Part shown: one piece after another, positions 1 to 10,493 of the stretch
How positions within the stretch are numbered: position 1 is the stretch's first letter
How the letters are laid out: every line of letters begins with the position of its first letter
Source: an uncultured Methanoregulaceae archaeon
Lineage (GTDB): Archaea > Halobacteriota > Methanomicrobia > Methanomicrobiales > Methanospirillaceae
Reading direction: 5' to 3'
Length of the DNA: 64,000 nucleotides
Assembly (NCBI GenBank): GCA_963841015.1
Contig: CAWJAX010000005.1
Span: 192,001 to 256,000 of the forward strand
Position numbers and translations under genes: made by a program
Notes under the pieces: generated by a model
What the model was told of the DNA's origin: nothing
What the model saw: the letters and a program-made list of their open reading frames with translations, nothing else
The model's database searches: none

Positions 1-1
1 C

Positions 2-1069
2 GTGATGGCAGTTGCCGAAAAAACCAATGGGAAGATCACGGTCGATGAAGAAGACGTGATGATCAAGAAACAGAAAGGAAAGGCTATGGACGATGCAGAG
101 CTGATCCGCGGTATTGTCATTGACAAAAAGCGCATCAGCGAGGGGATGCCCAAAAAGGTTACAAAAGCCAAAGTCGCTTTGGTTGCAACCCCTCTCGAGA
201 TCACAAAAACCCAGGTAAAAGCCAAGATCAAGATCACGAGTGCCGAGCAGATCAATGCTTTCTCAGAGCAGGAACGCGATGCACTCAAAAAACTTGCCGA
301 TGCGATTATCGGAAGCGGTGCAAATGTTCTTTTATGCCAGAAAGGCATCGCAGATCCCGTTCAGTTCTACCTGGCCAAGAACGGTATTTTAGCCATTGAA
401 GATGTGCCGGAAAGTGATATGAAATATGCCGCGCGATCCCTTCATGCAACAATTGTCAATAAACCAGATGCACTCACGGCAAAAGATCTCGGGACCGCAG
501 ACCTTGTAGAAGAGGATACCGATGCCAACATCACCCGGATATCCGGGTGCAAGAACCCCAAGTCAATCACCATCCTGCTCCGCGGCTCAACCGATTATCT
601 CCTTGACGAACTCGAACGTGCTGTTATTGACGGAACCCGCGTGGTCATGGACGCTATGGAAGATGGCACCTATGTGGTTGGTGGCGGTGCTGTCGAGACC
701 GAACTCCTCATGAACATCCGGGATTACGCGTCAACAGTCGGTGGGCGTGTCCAGCTTGCCATAGAAGCCTATGCAGCAGCGTTTGAATCCATTCCCCGCG
801 CCCTTGCAGAGAACTCAGGTTTCAATCCCATTGACAAACTGGTCGAACTCAAGAACGCCCATTCAAAAGGGAAGAAAAACGCGGGTCTGAACGTTTATGA
901 CGGTACGATTGTGGACATGCTCGCAGCAGGTGTACTCGAACCACTCAGATCAAAACGCCAGTCCATCCAGAGCGCTTCAGAGACTGCAGTCATGCTCATC
1001 CGTGTTGATGACATGATGGTCACCCAGTCAAAATCGCCAGGTTCTGGCGGTGCTCCTGCAGCATTTTAA
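2..1069 (+). CDS. ths: Thermosome (group II chaperonin) subunit, 5'-truncated by window edge
   Basis: Motifs GIVIDK, LLCQKGI, ITILLRG, VVGGGAVE, IPRALAENSG, LIRVDD. Confidence 0.95.
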   Translation: MMAVAEKTNGKITVDEEDVMIKKQKGKAMDDAELIRGIVIDKKRISEGMPKKVTKAKVALVATPLEITKTQVKAKIKITSAEQINAFSEQERDALKKLADAIIGSGANVLLCQKGIADPVQFYLAKNGILAIEDVPESDMKYAARSLHATIVNKPDALTAKDLGTADLVEEDTDANITRISGCKNPKSITILLRGSTDYLLDELERAVIDGTRVVMDAMEDGTYVVGGGAVETELLMNIRDYASTVGGRVQLAIEAYAAAFESIPRALAENSGFNPIDKLVELKNAHSKGKKNAGLNVYDGTIVDMLAAGVLEPLRSKRQSIQSASETAVMLIRVDDMMVTQSKSPGSGGAPAAF

Positions 1070-1076
1070 TAAAATC

Positions 1077-1120
1077 TTTTTGTGAGGGATTGGATCAATC
1101 CCCCTTCATCAAATTTTTTT
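1077..1120 (+). terminator. Putative terminator after thermosome gene
   Basis: T-tract right after the stop, hairpin GGGATTG-gat-CAATCCC (1086-1102), then T7. Confidence 0.45.
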
Positions 1121-1299
1121 CCTAGTTCTCCTCAAAGAATGCACGTATTCCTGCAGAGAAGTACCTGTACTGACTGAATCTTCTCTCATCGTGAGTAAAA
1201 AAATCCATGACGCGGGCAGGGTTTAGAATGGACGGGATTTAGTATCATAGTATCAGATAACTATTAGAGCAATTGATGGAAAAAATATCAGAACCGGTT

Positions 1300-1384
1300 G
1301 CCGAGGTAGTCTAGCCCGGGAAGGCGGTAGCCTCGAAAGCTACTGGCGCTTCGCGCCTCGGGAGTTCAAATCTCCCCCTCGGCG
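1300..1384 (+). tRNA. tRNA-Ser(CGA)
   Basis: Acceptor GCCGAGG/CCTCGGC, anticodon arm GTAGC-CT-CGA-AA-GCTAC, long variable arm, T-loop GTTCAAATC, discriminator G, CCA not encoded. Confidence 0.95.
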
Positions 1385-1735
1385 TACTTTTCCTGGAAAA
1401 TTTTCTTTCAGCATAGTATATCGTTGATTATTGTTTTTACCTGAAGATAATCCGTCTTCTGAGTAATGATGACACGAAAAATTACACGTGGTGCAGGGAT
1501 CAGAAATGCAATACATTGTTATTGCTGTGCGATTTCCCCCAATGGTGAAAAATAACAGATATTTTTTTAAAAAAAACCGAGATTTGGGGATATTTAATTT
1601 TTAGTGTGAAAAAAAAATTATATATATTACGTATCCATAGTATATCATAATAAGAAAGAATTTGTTTATATCAATACAACCAATAACGCCGCCAGAATCG
1701 TTGGAAGAAAAATCTTGTCTGATGGGTGAACTAAG

Positions 1736-1939
1736 ATGATCCGGATCAAGAAAAATAAACCCCCGATTTCGCCAGATACCCGATCGTTTCGTCAGGTACG
1801 AAGGGTTAATCTGAACCGAACCTACATTCCGCTAAAAATTGGAATAATAGTCGGATATATTATTTTAGGTATGTTATCCGCATCCACATCCATGTTCGGG
1901 ATCTTGATCGGGGCGATGCTCCGGATTGCCGGATTATAA
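1736..1939 (+). CDS. Small hypothetical membrane protein (67 aa)
   Basis: GGGTGA RBS-like motif upstream, basic N-terminus then long hydrophobic helix, T-tract after stop. Confidence 0.5.
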   Translation: MIRIKKNKPPISPDTRSFRQVRRVNLNRTYIPLKIGIIVGYIILGMLSASTSMFGILIGAMLRIAGL

Positions 1940-2161
1940 TTTTTTTTGGCAGACTCGTTTTTTTCTCGTAAAAGTTGTCTGTTTTTTTCCGGAAATGGGA
2001 GGTTCCCCAGATCCCGTTACTACAAATAATCAGAATTTTCGGTTTTTCGCTTTACTAAAAAGTGCCCCCAAAAAATCGGGGGTAGACAGGATTGACGCAT
2101 GAACACGAATAAACACTTTCAAAAAAAAATTGGGGGTGCGGGTAATTTCCTTAAACATCCA

Positions 2162-2578
2162 TTATTCCACGACAACGGTTCCCTGCATAGCCGGGTGGAT
2201 TGTGCAGGAATAATCATAAGTGCCGGCCTTATCAATTTTCCTGCTCCAGGATTGCGAAGGCGCGAGCACGGCTGAATCCTCACCATCCGCAAATAATATC
2301 CTGTGCGGCACTGAATCCAGGTTCACCCAGCGTGCTGTTGATCCCACCTTCATCGTCATTCTTGCAGGATCAAATGCGAAATTTTTGATTTGGATAGTAT
2401 TATCAGATACAGAACTTGTTGTCTGCGGAACCGGAATGGTTGTTGATGCCAGCTGTTGCGTCGTTTGCAGGGGAGTAGTGACAGGCGCTGGGGGTTGGAC
2501 TGGGGGTGCTGTCTGGGTGCATCCACAGACACCAGCAAGTATGAGGGTAACAGCAAGAAGAATGAGACCGTTTTTCAT
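2162..2578 (-). CDS. Secreted/lipid-anchored cupredoxin (amicyanin/plastocyanin-like type-1 copper protein)
   Basis: Signal peptide ending CGC, Pro/Thr linker, NFAFDP, WVNLDSVPH, YSCTIHPAMQG (His, Cys, His, Met ligands). Confidence 0.88.
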   Translation of the reverse strand: MKNGLILLAVTLILAGVCGCTQTAPPVQPPAPVTTPLQTTQQLASTTIPVPQTTSSVSDNTIQIKNFAFDPARMTMKVGSTARWVNLDSVPHRILFADGEDSAVLAPSQSWSRKIDKAGTYDYSCTIHPAMQGTVVVE

Positions 2579-2647
2579 AGATTAATCTCCATAGGTTCCC
2601 GTATAATAATCTGATGTAACCAGATAAAGCGGGAGCACAGGTTTATT

Positions 2648-4800
2648 TTATCTTTCTTGAAAGTGTATGTCCGGGATTTGAGTATCAAGGAAAAAAACCG
2701 GTATATTCCTCATAATGTCCATGAACTCTTCTGCATGGTAGTGATCGGAAAAGGACAGATCAGAAAGGAGAGCGGCCGGCAGGGCACTGGCAAATTTCCA
2801 GCCTTCTGCCTGGGGCAAAGGCAGGACTACCCGAATTTCATTCTTTCCCATTTTCTGGATTTCTTGTACTGCAGACATCACCAGTTGTCCCCGGCCTTTT
2901 TTTCCTGCACGCATAACTCTGACAACAAAGTCGTTATACCGCACCTGTGCCTTGCCACCAAGCTTGTCCTGAAGCAACAGAGAGAGCAACCGGTTAAACC
3001 TGATCCCTGAAAAAGAGAATATGAGAACCTCGACCCCTTTTTTCCCGGTCCGTTCGACGATATACAACCCATCCTCTCCGATACCCTCCGGAATCCGTGC
3101 GAGCACGGTCTGCATTAACTCCTTCTCCTGCTCACTAATGGGGAGCACTGATCCCCCCCTTGCATGTATCTTCTGTACCATCCGGCACACAAGGGGTGAA
3201 AACCCTCCTTCATTGGCACTGGTCCAGAATGTGCGGGACATTTCCGATCCACCTGGAACCACAACAACAATATTATGTCCTTCATCGCACTTTACCATCG
3301 ACCAGCTGCGACCACCGAGCGAGATCTCTTCTGAGTTCCTGCTGTTCACGAACCGTGCATCCAGCTTCCCCACAACCTCACCTTCAGGAGTCACAGCGCG
3401 GTACTCCCCTCCTGCAGCGATCACCGAATAGAGATCTTTCCAGTTTGAACGCCCGAACACCCGCTCGGCCTCAGTTCCCAGCATCAGGATTTCACCATCA
3501 GTAGTCAGATACCCCGCTTGAATGAGATGGTTAACAATCTGGTCAAGGATCTTTGGCTCAAGGTCTTTGAATACCGGCGGGGAAAGAACCGATGATGCCA
3601 GCTGTTTGCGGCTGACCCTCGAATGGATGTACAAATACAGGAAAATCTGCTGCAGCAGGACATTGTAGGGTTTTTTTGGAGGAACGAGGTTTTCAACTTC
3701 CTTTCGGGTCGCACATTCTATGATGGCAAGACTGCATAAAAGTTCACAGGGGTTCTGGAGTACCCAGGCCATATATGCTGATTTCCCACGCCGACCACTC
3801 CGTCCCATTCGCTGGAGGAATGAAGAAACAGAATTTGGAGGGCCAACCTGTACGACAACATCAAGGTCGCCAATATCAATGCCGAGTTCCAGCGTGCTTG
3901 TGCAGATGATGCAGGCACCATCCTGTGAAGAGAACGCATCTTCCGATGTTTTTCGCGTAGCTGGAGAGAGCGAAGAGTGATGGATGTGAAGATTCCGTAT
4001 CCTCCCGGCACTTGCCTTCATGAGTTTCTCTGCAATACTACGACTGTTTACAAAGACGAGAGCCTTCTTTCCGCTCACGATCCGTACAAGTGCATTGATC
4101 CGGTCTTTTTCTTCTGGGTTTACAATAAACAGGAACTGTTTCTCTCTTGGAGGTGATGAAACCTCAACGATTTCCGCTGTATGCCGGCCATCAGAGAGCC
4201 AGTCAAGCACTTCCCGGGGATTTCCTGTTGTTGCGGAAAGTCCAATCCGCTGTACAGGTCTCTTTGTGATTCGGTCCATCCGGTCGAGTAGTACTTTGAG
4301 ATGAACCCCCCTCTCGGACTCAACAAATGCATGGAGTTCGTCGATAATAATGGTCCGAACCCGCCGGAGATCCAAAGATAGGTTTTTTTCCTGAAGGAGA
4401 ACCTCAAGCGATTCGGGCGTAATCATCAGAAAGTGAGGGGGTTCCCCGTCCTTCCAGGAGCGATCCCCTTTCGGCACGTCACCATGCCATTTCATCACTG
4501 ATAGTGAAGTCGGTATGCAAAAATCCCTGAAACGATCCTCCTGGTCATTTATCAGCGCTTTTAAAGGGGATATATAGAGACAGGTCACGCCCATCCTCCC
4601 ATTTTTCAGGATATCATCCATAACAGGAATAAGCGCAGCCTCAGACTTCCCCCGGCGGTTGGTGCGATTACGAGCACGTCACTTCCCGTCGCCACTGCTG
4701 AATATGTCTGCTCCTGGACTTCACGGAGCTCAGTCCACTCCAGTCGTTGGGCAAGCACCTGCTGGAGGGATTCGTGGAGAGTTGAAAATACTGATGACAC
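2648..4800 (-). CDS. Lhr-like DEAD/DEAH-box SF2 helicase, frameshifted near 4648
   Basis: ORF 4606-4800 gives the Q-motif and APTAGG; one added base restores APTAGGKSEAA and joins ORF 2648-4621 (PLKAL, TPESL, DELH, SAT, TLELGIDIG, QRMGRSGRR). Confidence 0.88.
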
Positions 4801-4973
4801 GTTTTTCTCATAGTGCGTAGTCTCTGACGCATTATGTTCTTTCCGGGTAATTTGTCGTTTAAGATGACATGCGTTCAGCGAAGTTCAGAATCAGCGTAAA
4901 ATACCCCCGGGTAGAAAATCTGGCCACCGGTTCAAGAGAACCTTTTTTTGTTCAGAGAGACGACAAAATAACC

Positions 4974-5306
4974 ATGGAACTCGCACAACAAAAATGCACT
5001 ACCTATCGGGTGGGATCTCCTCCATTGACCAGAAAGGAGACGATTGAGCTCCTTGGTCAAGTGCCTGGATGGTCGCTTGTCAATGGTCACCTTACCCGGG
5101 TGTTTGAGCTCGATGACAGCGACCGGTGCGTTGAATTTTTTATTGAAGTTATGGCTCTTTCATCACAGGAGGGACATATTCCGGATATCTGTATGAAAGA
5201 GTCACGATTCATCGAAATTTCATACTATACGTATCTTGCCGGCGGATTGACATTAAACGATTTTATTATGGCAGCAAAACTAAATACACTCAGGCAAGAA
5301 CAGTAA
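4974..5306 (+). CDS. Pterin-4-alpha-carbinolamine dehydratase-like protein
   Basis: LAQQKC..., VPGWSL, EGHIPDI, GGLTLNDFIMAAK; start at ATG 4974. Confidence 0.8.
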   Translation: MELAQQKCTTYRVGSPPLTRKETIELLGQVPGWSLVNGHLTRVFELDDSDRCVEFFIEVMALSSQEGHIPDICMKESRFIEISYYTYLAGGLTLNDFIMAAKLNTLRQEQ

Positions 5307-5347
5307 TGTCGTTTTCAAAGTCCGATACTTCTTTTTTTTAAAATGAT

Positions 5348-5749
5348 TTATTTCAGGTTAAATTTCCTGACAATTTTTTCCCGTATATCTTCTTTTGGAT
5401 AAGCCCCGATAATCCGGTCCACCAGCTGACCATGAGAAAAGAGCATTATGGATGGTATTGCGGTAATGTTGAACTGCATGGCGAGGTGCCGGTTGTCCTC
5501 GGTGTTACACTTACCGAATGTAACCTTCCCGGAAAATTCCTTGGACAGTTCTTCAATTACCAAACCAACCCTGCGGCACGGAGCACACCATTCTGCCCAG
5601 AAGTCCAGGACAACAAATGGATTTGTCTTGATGAATTCCTGAAAATGCGTCTCATCCACGTGCGTTACATCCACCTTTGCCGAGTGTTTCATTTTTTCTT
5701 TCAGCTCCTGCATCCGCTTCTCTCGTATCCGGCTGATCTCATCATCCAT
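5348..5749 (-). CDS. trxA: Thioredoxin
   Basis: DFWAEWCAPCR, cis-Pro motif AIPS, archaeal N-terminal MDDEISRIREKRM extension. Confidence 0.92.
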   Translation of the reverse strand: MDDEISRIREKRMQELKEKMKHSAKVDVTHVDETHFQEFIKTNPFVVLDFWAEWCAPCRRVGLVIEELSKEFSGKVTFGKCNTEDNRHLAMQFNITAIPSIMLFSHGQLVDRIIGAYPKEDIREKIVRKFNLK

Positions 5750-5862
5750 AATTCTCTGTAGGTAAAAGAGTAATTAAATGTCCCTGACCGTGAACCGGTA
5801 CACGGATAAACTGAGTAAAGTATATCAGCGCACGCCAACTATATTATTACCCTGATTAATGG

Positions 5863-5937
5863 AGCGAGGTAGGGTAGTCAGGATATCCCGACGGGCTCAT
5901 AACCCGTAGATCGATGGTTCAAATCCATCCCTCGCTA
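5863..5937 (+). tRNA. Initiator tRNA-Met(CAT)
   Basis: A1:U72 acceptor AGCGAGG/CCTCGCT, anticodon stem ACGGG-CT-CAT-AA-CCCGT with three G:C pairs, GGTTCAAATCC. Confidence 0.95.
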
Positions 5938-6097
5938 CTGCTTCTTTTATGAATTTCTGTTTTTAAAGGTCGTCTTTTATTAGTTATTCAGTTTGTTCGG
6001 GCGTGATCAAGAAGAATCGAACATCAGCATCTGGGCACGGACAGGTAATGTATGGTAATCAGCTCCAACCCAGCCATTTTGCCTGTCTTTTTATGCT

Positions 6098-6778
6098 TTA
6101 TCCTTTTCGTGCAACAGTGACGATGAATGTACGGTTCCGGTAAACCACATCCACATCGGAAAAACCACACTCCTTCAGCCATTGAAGCTGAACCGATAGT
6201 TTTTCGTTCCGGTCAAGGGTGTCACGACGCTTGAGAATTTCCGCGTGTTCCCGTGCATTCATGGGACCGTTGTGAAGAAATTCATTCCAGTACTCAAGGT
6301 ACCTTTCCCGGAAATAGAGGGTATCGCCGTCAGCCTGATCAGCATTCACAAACAGCCCGCCGGGATTCAGTGCAGAAAATATTTTCCCGAACAGTGTGTG
6401 TTTGTCCTCAAACGTGAGATGATGTATGGAAAGTGCCGAACAGACCAGATCGTACTGCCCGACGGGTATCTTCCTGCTGTAATCACTGGCAATATAGGTA
6501 ATATTCTTTCTGTCTGAAAACCTCTGCCGGGCAATTTCCAGCATGTTTTCAGAAATATCCAGCAGTGTCATATGCGCATTGGGGAATTTCTGTAGTATAA
6601 GAGCACTCAATAAACCCGTACCTGCTCCGATATCAAGGATTGATGGCTCGGGTATTGAAGACTCTGACGCCCAGACTGCTGTTGAATAAAACTGCTGCAT
6701 ATCCGGAATGACGAACTCCCGCTGGGAATCGTATTCTTGAGCAATAGCATCGAATGCCTTTTTTATATGTTCCATCAT
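6098..6778 (-). CDS. Class I SAM-dependent methyltransferase
   Basis: ILDIGAGTG, LDISENML, YDLVCSALSIHH, LNPGGLF. Confidence 0.9.
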   Translation of the reverse strand: MMEHIKKAFDAIAQEYDSQREFVIPDMQQFYSTAVWASESSIPEPSILDIGAGTGLLSALILQKFPNAHMTLLDISENMLEIARQRFSDRKNITYIASDYSRKIPVGQYDLVCSALSIHHLTFEDKHTLFGKIFSALNPGGLFVNADQADGDTLYFRERYLEYWNEFLHNGPMNAREHAEILKRRDTLDRNEKLSVQLQWLKECGFSDVDVVYRNRTFIVTVARKG

Positions 6779-6911
6779 ATCCCCCGCTTTTTAAAAAGAT
6801 TGTAAAATCCACAAGGTTATCTTATTCTTGGCAAAGAAGATAAAAAAAATTATTCACCTGCCAACCGGGAATGGTTCTCACTGGTTAAAACCCAGACTAT
6901 CCAGCTCAGGT

Positions 6912-8342
6912 TCACAAGCTTTCAGCGTCAAACGATACCAGTTTAGACTGGTACGTCCCGTCAATAAAATCAACCTGACGCATCTTTGCCTGCTCGCCTT
7001 CAATCTGTAAAGGATAGCACCCCGTAAGGCAGCCGGTACAAAGATTTTCCCGGTCAAAACCAATCGCCTCTATAAGCGCAGAGAGGGAGACATGGTGAAG
7101 AGTTGTAGCGGTAATGCTATGCCGGACCTCATCCTCAATTCTGTTGTTCGCTATCAGCTCTTCTCTCGTGGGCATATCAACACCAAGATAGCAGGGTGCT
7201 TTGATTGCCGGAGATCCTATACGCATATGGATCTCCCGGGCACCAGCTTCCCGCATCATGTTGATAATTCTGCGTGATGTAGTCCCCCGCACAATACTGT
7301 CATCGACAAGCACTACAGACTTCCCCTTCAGGTGAGCGGGAATAGGGTTGAGTTTTATTCGCACCGCTTTTTCCCGCTCCTTCTGGGTCGGCATGATAAA
7401 CGTGCGTCCCATGTACCTGTTCTTCATCAGGGACTCCACAAACGGGATCTTTGAATGTTCAGCGTATCCGATAGCATACGCAGTCCCGGAATCAGGAAGA
7501 GAACAGACAGAATCCGCCACCACCGGATCCTCCTCATACAGTTTTTGCCCGATTCTACGCCGCACATCATAGACCAGCACACCGTCGATGATTGCATCTG
7601 CACGAGCGAAGTAAATATATTCAAAGATGCAATGTGCACGCTTACCTGCAATCGCTACCTGGTTACACTTTATTCCTTCAGCATCTATCCTGACCAGTTC
7701 CCCGGGCCGGACATCCCTTATGAATTTCCCATTGAGGGCATCAACCGCTACACTCTCAGACGCAACCATGTACCCTTTATCGGTCTTACCAATACAGAAT
7801 GGCTTGATACCCAGCGGATCCCGGAAGGCATAGATAATACCGTCAATCATCATCACGACGGAATAGGATCCCCTGAGTTTCCGCATGCAGCGGTTAACTG
7901 CGTCCTCGACACATCCGGTATTACTTATTTCGTCAATAAGGATCTTTGCAATGATCTCCGTATCAGTGGTGGTAGTAAAGATCTGGCCAGCCTGTTCATA
8001 TTCGGCTCTGAGTTCTGCAGTGTTTACCAGATTGCCATTATGGGCAATCGAAATGAAATGGTCCTTGAACTGGAAATTAAGAGGCTGGATATTCTCCAAA
8101 AGATTTGACCCGGTTGTCGGGTAGCGTACATGTCCGATACCGGCATTCCCTTTCAGGTCGTTTAAAACTGTGGGGGAAAAAACATCGGCGACGAGACCCG
8201 GACCCTTAAACTTCCGGAGGTTCGTGCCATCATAAGTGGAAATCCCGGCACTTTCCTGCCCCCGGTGCTGGAGTGCGTACAGGGAGTAATAGAGCTGGAT
8301 CGATACACCGCCAGCATCGACGATGCCAACGATACCACACAT
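6912..8342 (-). CDS. purF: Amidophosphoribosyltransferase
   Basis: N-terminal MCGIVG, LQHRGQESAG, GHVRYPT, HNGN, VDDSIVRGTT. Confidence 0.97.
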   Translation of the reverse strand: MCGIVGIVDAGGVSIQLYYSLYALQHRGQESAGISTYDGTNLRKFKGPGLVADVFSPTVLNDLKGNAGIGHVRYPTTGSNLLENIQPLNFQFKDHFISIAHNGNLVNTAELRAEYEQAGQIFTTTTDTEIIAKILIDEISNTGCVEDAVNRCMRKLRGSYSVVMMIDGIIYAFRDPLGIKPFCIGKTDKGYMVASESVAVDALNGKFIRDVRPGELVRIDAEGIKCNQVAIAGKRAHCIFEYIYFARADAIIDGVLVYDVRRRIGQKLYEEDPVVADSVCSLPDSGTAYAIGYAEHSKIPFVESLMKNRYMGRTFIMPTQKEREKAVRIKLNPIPAHLKGKSVVLVDDSIVRGTTSRRIINMMREAGAREIHMRIGSPAIKAPCYLGVDMPTREELIANNRIEDEVRHSITATTLHHVSLSALIEAIGFDRENLCTGCLTGCYPLQIEGEQAKMRQVDFIDGTYQSKLVSFDAESL

Positions 8343-8351
8343 GGTAAAACT

Positions 8352-8534
8352 CTAATGCGTTGGAATTTTTGGTCGCTTTGTGGTCCACTTATAGCTGCGC
8401 ATTTTAGTGCTTCTGCCAAACCCGCAGGCAGAGCATTGTTTTTTCTGGGCGTGAAACGAGATTTTCCCACAGCGCCTGCAGGCGACATGGGTGAACTTGT
8501 TCATCTTTCCCATTGATGGAGTGCCTTTTGACAT
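8352..8534 (-). CDS. rpl37e: 50S ribosomal protein L37e
   Basis: [20 protein letters not shown] zinc ribbon; follows the Sm gene as is usual in archaea. Confidence 0.97.
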   Translation of the reverse strand: MSKGTPSMGKMNKFTHVACRRCGKISFHAQKKQCSACGFGRSTKMRSYKWTTKRPKIPTH

Positions 8535-8545
8535 GTTACTTCACC

Positions 8546-8776
8546 TTATTGTTCCAGCGATGGGGATATATAGATAACATTATCCCCGCGTACGATGAGC
8601 GTACCTACCTTCTGAACCTGTCCCTTCTCCTCTTCCTCCGCCTTGTCAAGCACGAGGTTCATATGAACATCATATCCCTGGAGAATACCCCGTATTTCTC
8701 TCCCACCCTTGAGAGATACAATAACGGGCTGTCGGTTCAGCACCTGATCCAAAATATCCAACGGCCTTTTGGTCAT
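8546..8776 (-). CDS. Sm-like archaeal protein (SmAP/Lsm)
   Basis: [23 protein letters not shown]. Confidence 0.95.
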   Translation of the reverse strand: MTKRPLDILDQVLNRQPVIVSLKGGREIRGILQGYDVHMNLVLDKAEEEEKGQVQKVGTLIVRGDNVIYISPSLEQ

Positions 8777-8967
8777 AATAATACCCTTTTCACCATCGCT
8801 CTGGAGTAATATATGTGTGTGAGCTGCTTACTTAAACATACCGTAGATCCGCATCAGCCTTATACTATTTTTGAGGTATATGAAGGAAGGGTTTCTCCAA
8901 ACAAACACCATAATTTTCCAATGCAAATTATTTTCAAGCGAGAGGGATGAATGTAGGAACTGTAACG

Positions 8968-9465
8968 ATGAAAAAGATTGTTGTAAAAAAACGTCATTCT
9001 ATCCGGAAAAGCCAGGCACAGGATCTCTTGTCCAGGCTCTCTGACCAGATCGGAAATTCAGCAAAATTTTTTCACGCGGATATGATTGAGGTACTTGAGA
9101 CCAACGCCGATGTCTCGTTGTTCATGGTTAATAAAAAACCCCTCCTGATGGACAACGGCGACTGGGTGTTCCCAACCTTAAAAGGTGCGATCCAGTTTCC
9201 CTTTCCGGAACGCAGGGTTGTTGTGGATGCCGGGGCAATCCCCTTTGTAGTCAATGGTGCAGATGTGATGCGGCCAGGAATCGTCTCAATATCTGATGAT
9301 GTAAAGGTCTCAAAGCCGGTACAGATCGTTGATGAGCGGCACGGCAAACCGCTTGCGATCGGAATAGCGCTCCTTGATGCGCCCGATATGCGTGCCAGAA
9401 TTTCAGGAAAGATGTGTAAAAATTTTCATCACGTCAGCGATGAGATATGGAATATTGAAATCTAA
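8968..9465 (+). CDS. PUA-domain RNA-binding protein (DUF1947/MCT-1-like)
   Basis: VFPTL, VVVDAGAIPFVVNGADVMRPGI, PLAIG. Confidence 0.9.
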   Translation: MKKIVVKKRHSIRKSQAQDLLSRLSDQIGNSAKFFHADMIEVLETNADVSLFMVNKKPLLMDNGDWVFPTLKGAIQFPFPERRVVVDAGAIPFVVNGADVMRPGIVSISDDVKVSKPVQIVDERHGKPLAIGIALLDAPDMRARISGKMCKNFHHVSDEIWNIEI

Positions 9466-9588
9466 CACATACCGGTCCAAATCGATTGTGCGGAAAATCG
9501 GTCATTTTCTCTATTTTATGGAAAAAAAAACCTGACAGTTGCTTTCAAAATAGATACTATTAAATAAGTTTCATCATACAGTTTTTTT

Positions 9589-9957
9589 ATGGTTAAAATC
9601 ATTGACACCCTTCTTGGAAAGAGTTCCGCAAGCTCAGACGACGATTACATGGAGCTCGATCTTGCATCATATGAAGAGCATGGTAGTTCTGCACCTGCAC
9701 TTCTCGTAAAGATCGCAACGATTACTGATCTCAAGGATACCCCAAGGGTTAAGGACGAAGTTTATAGTGGTAACATAGTCATTGTGGATATTTCCCGACT
9801 CAAAATGGACAAGATATCCTATGAACGGGTTTTAAAAGACTTAAAAGAAGTAGCAAAGGATGTCAATGGCGACATTATCGGCCTCGGGGACCAGAGGTAT
9901 GTTGTACTCACACCCATGTCGGTAAAAATTTCCCGGGACAAGATTGGCGGAGCTTAA
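9589..9957 (+). CDS. sepF: Cell division protein SepF (archaeal)
   Basis: DYMELDL, VYSGNIVIVDI, GDIIG, VLTP. Confidence 0.88.
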   Translation: MVKIIDTLLGKSSASSDDDYMELDLASYEEHGSSAPALLVKIATITDLKDTPRVKDEVYSGNIVIVDISRLKMDKISYERVLKDLKEVAKDVNGDIIGLGDQRYVVLTPMSVKISRDKIGGA

Positions 9958-9959
9958 CG

Positions 9960-10487
9960 TTGCGAACGGTCGTTCCAGGTCCTTGTCCCATTTGCAATAC
10001 TGAAATCGAATATATTTATCAGACTGAAAATATTCCTTATTTTTCCGATATTCTGATCATTTCTGCTATCTGCAGTTCATGCGGATACAAATATGTTGAT
10101 ACTCAGCTCCTCAAAGCAAACGAACCAGTCCGGTATGTAGTGGCAGTTGACACCGAAGAAGACCTTGGGATCCGCATTGTACGGAGTATGAGCGCAAGCC
10201 TTGAAATTCCCGAGCTGGGCGTGCGAATAGATCCTGGGCCTGCCTGCCAGGGCTTTGTGTCTAATATTGAGGGTGTCCTTGACCGTATCAGACAAATCGT
10301 GGAGGGCGCATTGCTGTGGGGGGAGGTTGAGGAACGGGAAAATGCACAGGTACTTCTGGAAAAAATTGAGGGTGTGAAATGTGGAGCAATCCCTATTACT
10401 CTCATTCTTGAAGATCGGTGTGGAAACAGCGCGATCATTTCAGATAAAGCACAAAAGAGTGGATATACCCCAGAACCCGACCAATGA
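9960..10487 (+). CDS. ZPR1 zinc-finger domain protein
   Basis: CPIC, IPYF, CSSCGYK, IPELG, SNIEGVL. Confidence 0.92.
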   Translation: MRTVVPGPCPICNTEIEYIYQTENIPYFSDILIISAICSSCGYKYVDTQLLKANEPVRYVVAVDTEEDLGIRIVRSMSASLEIPELGVRIDPGPACQGFVSNIEGVLDRIRQIVEGALLWGEVEERENAQVLLEKIEGVKCGAIPITLILEDRCGNSAIISDKAQKSGYTPEPDQ

Positions 10488-10493
10488 AAAATG

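Noticed and set aside
1508-1525. Inverted repeat GCAATA-N6-TATTGC as operator
   Set aside because: Single short palindrome in AT-rich DNA with no second copy noticed; may be chance.
1300-5937. Integrated element bounded by the two tRNAs
   Set aside because: No integrase, and I saw no duplicated tRNA 3' end; the intervening genes look chromosomal.
7455-8108. Many 60-250 aa ORFs antisense to or nested in recognised genes (this one as an example)
   Set aside because: No motifs; explained as shadow frames of well-supported genes.
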